Source of the DNA: a virus
Virus record (IMG/VR): IMGVR_UViG_3300020041_000046
Location: 1 to 6,256 of that record
Reading direction: 5' to 3' (one strand)
Length of the DNA stretch: 6,256 bases
The notes under the pieces are model-generated. The model worked only from the letters and a program-made list of their open reading frames with translations. It made no database searches and had not been told where the DNA came from. A program made the translations under genes and the position numbers. Below are positions 4,061 through 6,256 of this stretch, one piece after another. The first letter of the stretch is position 1. Each line of letters starts with the position of its first letter.

Positions 4061-5896
4061 TTAGACCATACGGTTAAATATATTATTCGCATCATTCAGT
4101 TTCTTATGTTTAATCATATCACGGCAGTATTTCGATGAACGGTTATCCAAACACCTTTGTAAGTCGTCGCACAAATCGTTGTAATTTGCAGGTTGCGAGG
4201 CTTTAAAGGATGGTCCGACCAGACGAGAAAGAGCTGGGGAAAGTAATAATTTTCGGGAGTCATCAAAATGTAAGACGAGCGGCTTGATTCCTGCCATTCT
4301 GTCTCGAATAGTGTACGTGGAAAATGTTCCATCTTCCTCCTCCTTAACGGTCGACACTTCACATCCTGAGGCCGGTAGATAAAAATATCGCAATAAAGGG
4401 AATTCACATGTTTCTTGAATTCGCAACGAATCACACATTCGTACATAGTCCGCTTTCTTTTCATATTCTATTCCTGTTTTAATAATATAATTAATACGAG
4501 CGGAAAAAGAATCAAAATTGCCACCGATGGGAGGCAAATGCCAATTCCTAAGGAACCTACTGACATAAAGGAATAGCCGATATAATTTATTAATATAAGA
4601 TTCAATATCGACATCAGAAGAACTGCTACAGAGCCTAGTAAGGCACCGAGCGTTATGCAATATAATTTCATCTTCATCGGTCAGGTGATGATTCAATGTA
4701 AGATACTGATAATAAGCACGAACAATAGAAAGGATAGAATCGGAATTATAATCTATAATACCGAACCTTGCAATTCTTTTTGGCGAATCCGCAACAGCTC
4801 GAATAATTCTAGCAATCGCAACAGCATCGTCAAAGCGAGCACTTGAGAATCGGGGAAGTAATGTACGGATATACGACATGGGGGGAGTTGATTTAACACT
4901 AATCCCGTTGAAGTTATAGACTCGTCCATTAATGACAGAATCGATTTTTCGTTCAACCGCATGATAGACGTCTTCACCTTCCTCAAAAACCTCGCCTTTC
5001 TCAAAAAATCCAAGAGACGCTCTTTGTCGGGGTTTAAACGAGCGGCACGATCGATATAACAAGGGAGCAGAACTAAGGCTGTTAACGTAACTCGCAACGT
5101 ATGATGAAGCTCCACCACGGGCAATCTGGAAATCTGAACGACCGAGTTTCCAACTCTTATCATGACACTGTCGTAATACTTCTGAGACTTCTTTCGAGTT
5201 CGTGAATAATAAGATATGATAATGCGGGCGGAAATGGAATGGTCCGTATTCACCCACAGCGTAGAAGTGTAACGTTTCATAAGAACCTAAAACTTGATAT
5301 AAATATTTACGTAAGCGTTTAATATAGTTCTGAACATCAACATAATTCAGAAAGGGTATAAGGTTATCAACACCGTATTTTTCAGCAACGGGATATACTG
5401 AGTTGTCAACGGCCTGCGTTTTACGGATAAAACTACGAATAGCATCCATACTAAGAAACCAATTATCCTTAACAGGAACATATTCCTTGATTTCACGGTC
5501 AAACGGCACCGTGCCTTGAACTTGCGTGAAGAATACATGACGTAAAAGGGAAGAATCCTCAGGTTGATAGTCGGAAACAGGTATATAAGAGTGGCGTTCA
5601 TAACCAAAAACTTTATCCCCTGAAATACTTAAAGCATCTTCATACTCACTATGCAGAACCTCACAATTCATCAAAGGAATATGCTCATTATCATAAGTAA
5701 GCGTTACAAAATAAGAATACTTGAAAGCACTTCCGGCGGTCTTCACACGCATGGACGCTTTTTGAGCACGCTTATAAATACAGTAATCACATTGTCCGCA
5801 ATCTACAGCAATGCGCTGACCTGTGTAACGATTAGTTATAAAAGAGCGATGCTGGCAATGATCAGCAGCTTTAAGTAAATCAGGAGTAAATTTCAT
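4061..5896 (-). CDS. VP4: Rolling-circle replication initiator (HUH endonuclease, Microviridae VP4 / gene A family), 611 aa
   Basis: It has an ATG at 5896-5894 and a TAA at 4063-4061. Motif 1 is FVTLTY (aa 63-68, nt 5693-5710). The HUH motif is HYHILLF (aa 225-231, nt 5204-5224). The two-tyrosine motif is YVASYVNS (aa 266-273, nt 5078-5101), compared with phiX174 A protein YVAKYVNK. The N-terminal Cys/His cluster is C14-x-H16...C33-x2-C36-x2-C39. Confidence 0.93.
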   Translation of the reverse strand: MKFTPDLLKAADHCQHRSFITNRYTGQRIAVDCGQCDYCIYKRAQKASMRVKTAGSAFKYSYFVTLTYDNEHIPLMNCEVLHSEYEDALSISGDKVFGYERHSYIPVSDYQPEDSSLLRHVFFTQVQGTVPFDREIKEYVPVKDNWFLSMDAIRSFIRKTQAVDNSVYPVAEKYGVDNLIPFLNYVDVQNYIKRLRKYLYQVLGSYETLHFYAVGEYGPFHFRPHYHILLFTNSKEVSEVLRQCHDKSWKLGRSDFQIARGGASSYVASYVNSLSSAPLLYRSCRSFKPRQRASLGFFEKGEVFEEGEDVYHAVERKIDSVINGRVYNFNGISVKSTPPMSYIRTLLPRFSSARFDDAVAIARIIRAVADSPKRIARFGIIDYNSDSILSIVRAYYQYLTLNHHLTDEDEIILHNARCLTRLCSSSSDVDIESYINKLYRLFLYVSRFLRNWHLPPIGGNFDSFSARINYIIKTGIEYEKKADYVRMCDSLRIQETCEFPLLRYFYLPASGCEVSTVKEEEDGTFSTYTIRDRMAGIKPLVLHFDDSRKLLLSPALSRLVGPSFKASQPANYNDLCDDLQRCLDNRSSKYCRDMIKHKKLNDANNIFNRMV

Positions 5897-5898
5897 AA

Positions 5899-6207
5899 TT
5901 ATTTTCTTTTATCAATCACTTGGCGACGATTACGTGAACCAAATGAAACATGAATAAAATTAGTATAAATAATAAGTTGATCAAAAGGAGAAATATGATC
6001 AGAATAACCATGAATCATCTCAAGCAAATTATTAAAACTGGTAGACCCGTAAGGCTTGATATCAATAGCTTCGCCTATTAAATGTTGAGAATTAGGGACG
6101 CCATTACAAGCCTTATTCTGTTTAGGAGTACGCTTCGCACTAGTCACCGTAAAATGAGCGTTAAAACAAAGCAAATGCTCAAGAAAACGCATAAGAGAAT
6201 GGTTCAT
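5899..6207 (-). CDS. Minimal zinc D,D- or L,D-peptidase of the M15 (Peptidase_M15_3/M15A-like) cell-wall hydrolase family, 102 aa
   Basis: It has an ATG at 6207-6205, with an in-frame stop five codons upstream when read through the circular junction. The TAA at 5901-5899 lies 2 nt before the VP4 ATG. The sequence ...FTVTSAKRTPKQNKACNGVPNSQHLIGEAIDI... (nt 6058-6090 cover SQHLIGEAIDI) matches the family signature [ST]SGYR-x5-N-x3-GG-x3-S-x-H-x2-G-x-A-x-D-[IF]. The distal ...YTNFIHVSFG supplies the third ligand His (aa 86, nt 5950-5952). There is no signal peptide or TM segment. Confidence 0.85.
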   Translation of the reverse strand: MNHSLMRFLEHLLCFNAHFTVTSAKRTPKQNKACNGVPNSQHLIGEAIDIKPYGSTSFNNLLEMIHGYSDHISPFDQLIIYTNFIHVSFGSRNRRQVIDKRK

Positions 6208-6256
6208 AATCCAATAGCATTAAGAACGTAACCAAGAGCGGCAGATACGGCGCCAA
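6136..6256. repeat. Terminal redundancy copy B, identical to 1-121
   Basis: Same comparison as for copy A. It contains the peptidase 5' end (6136-6207) and a truncated copy of the 27-aa peptide gene (6204-6256). Confidence 0.97.

Noticed and set aside
1-6256. Terminal repeats as LTRs or insertion-sequence ends, or an integrated prophage with att sites
   Set aside because: The repeats are direct, lie inside coding sequence (peptidase and small-peptide genes) and restore intact genes when circularised. There is no transposase, integrase or host flank. This is consistent with assembly overlap of a circular genome, not a mobile-element boundary.

Overview
The window holds one complete, circularly permuted genome of a small ssDNA phage of the family Microviridae. 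It looks like a non-phiX, gokusho/alpavirus-like lineage. Positions 1-121 are identical to 6136-6256, so the true unit is a 6,135-nt circle sampled with a 121-nt overlap. All credible genes lie on the window's minus strand, so the packaged viral strand should be the reverse complement of what is shown. They form one tightly packed, mostly overlapping or near-abutting gene string. In viral sense the order is orf64 (336->142), a 27-aa membrane peptide (152->69), a minimal M15-family zinc peptidase (6207->5899, crossing the circular junction), the VP4 HUH replication initiator (5896->4061), the VP1 major capsid protein (4044->2302), a 147-150 aa scaffold-position protein (2290->1847), and the VP2 pilot/minor capsid protein (1847->780). 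The only sizeable non-coding tract is 337-779. It splits into an AT-rich half next to the first gene and a GC-rich half packed with hairpins. The most interesting content is the peptidoglycan-peptidase module, translationally coupled to a tiny transmembrane peptide just upstream of rep, which is a lysis or entry arrangement unlike phiX174 gene E. Also of interest are the structured intergenic element, the unusually long Rep with a phiX-like double-tyrosine motif, and a remarkably open +1 frame inside rep. No rRNA, tRNA, CRISPR array or transposable element is supported. All homology statements come from motif recognition by eye, not from searches.
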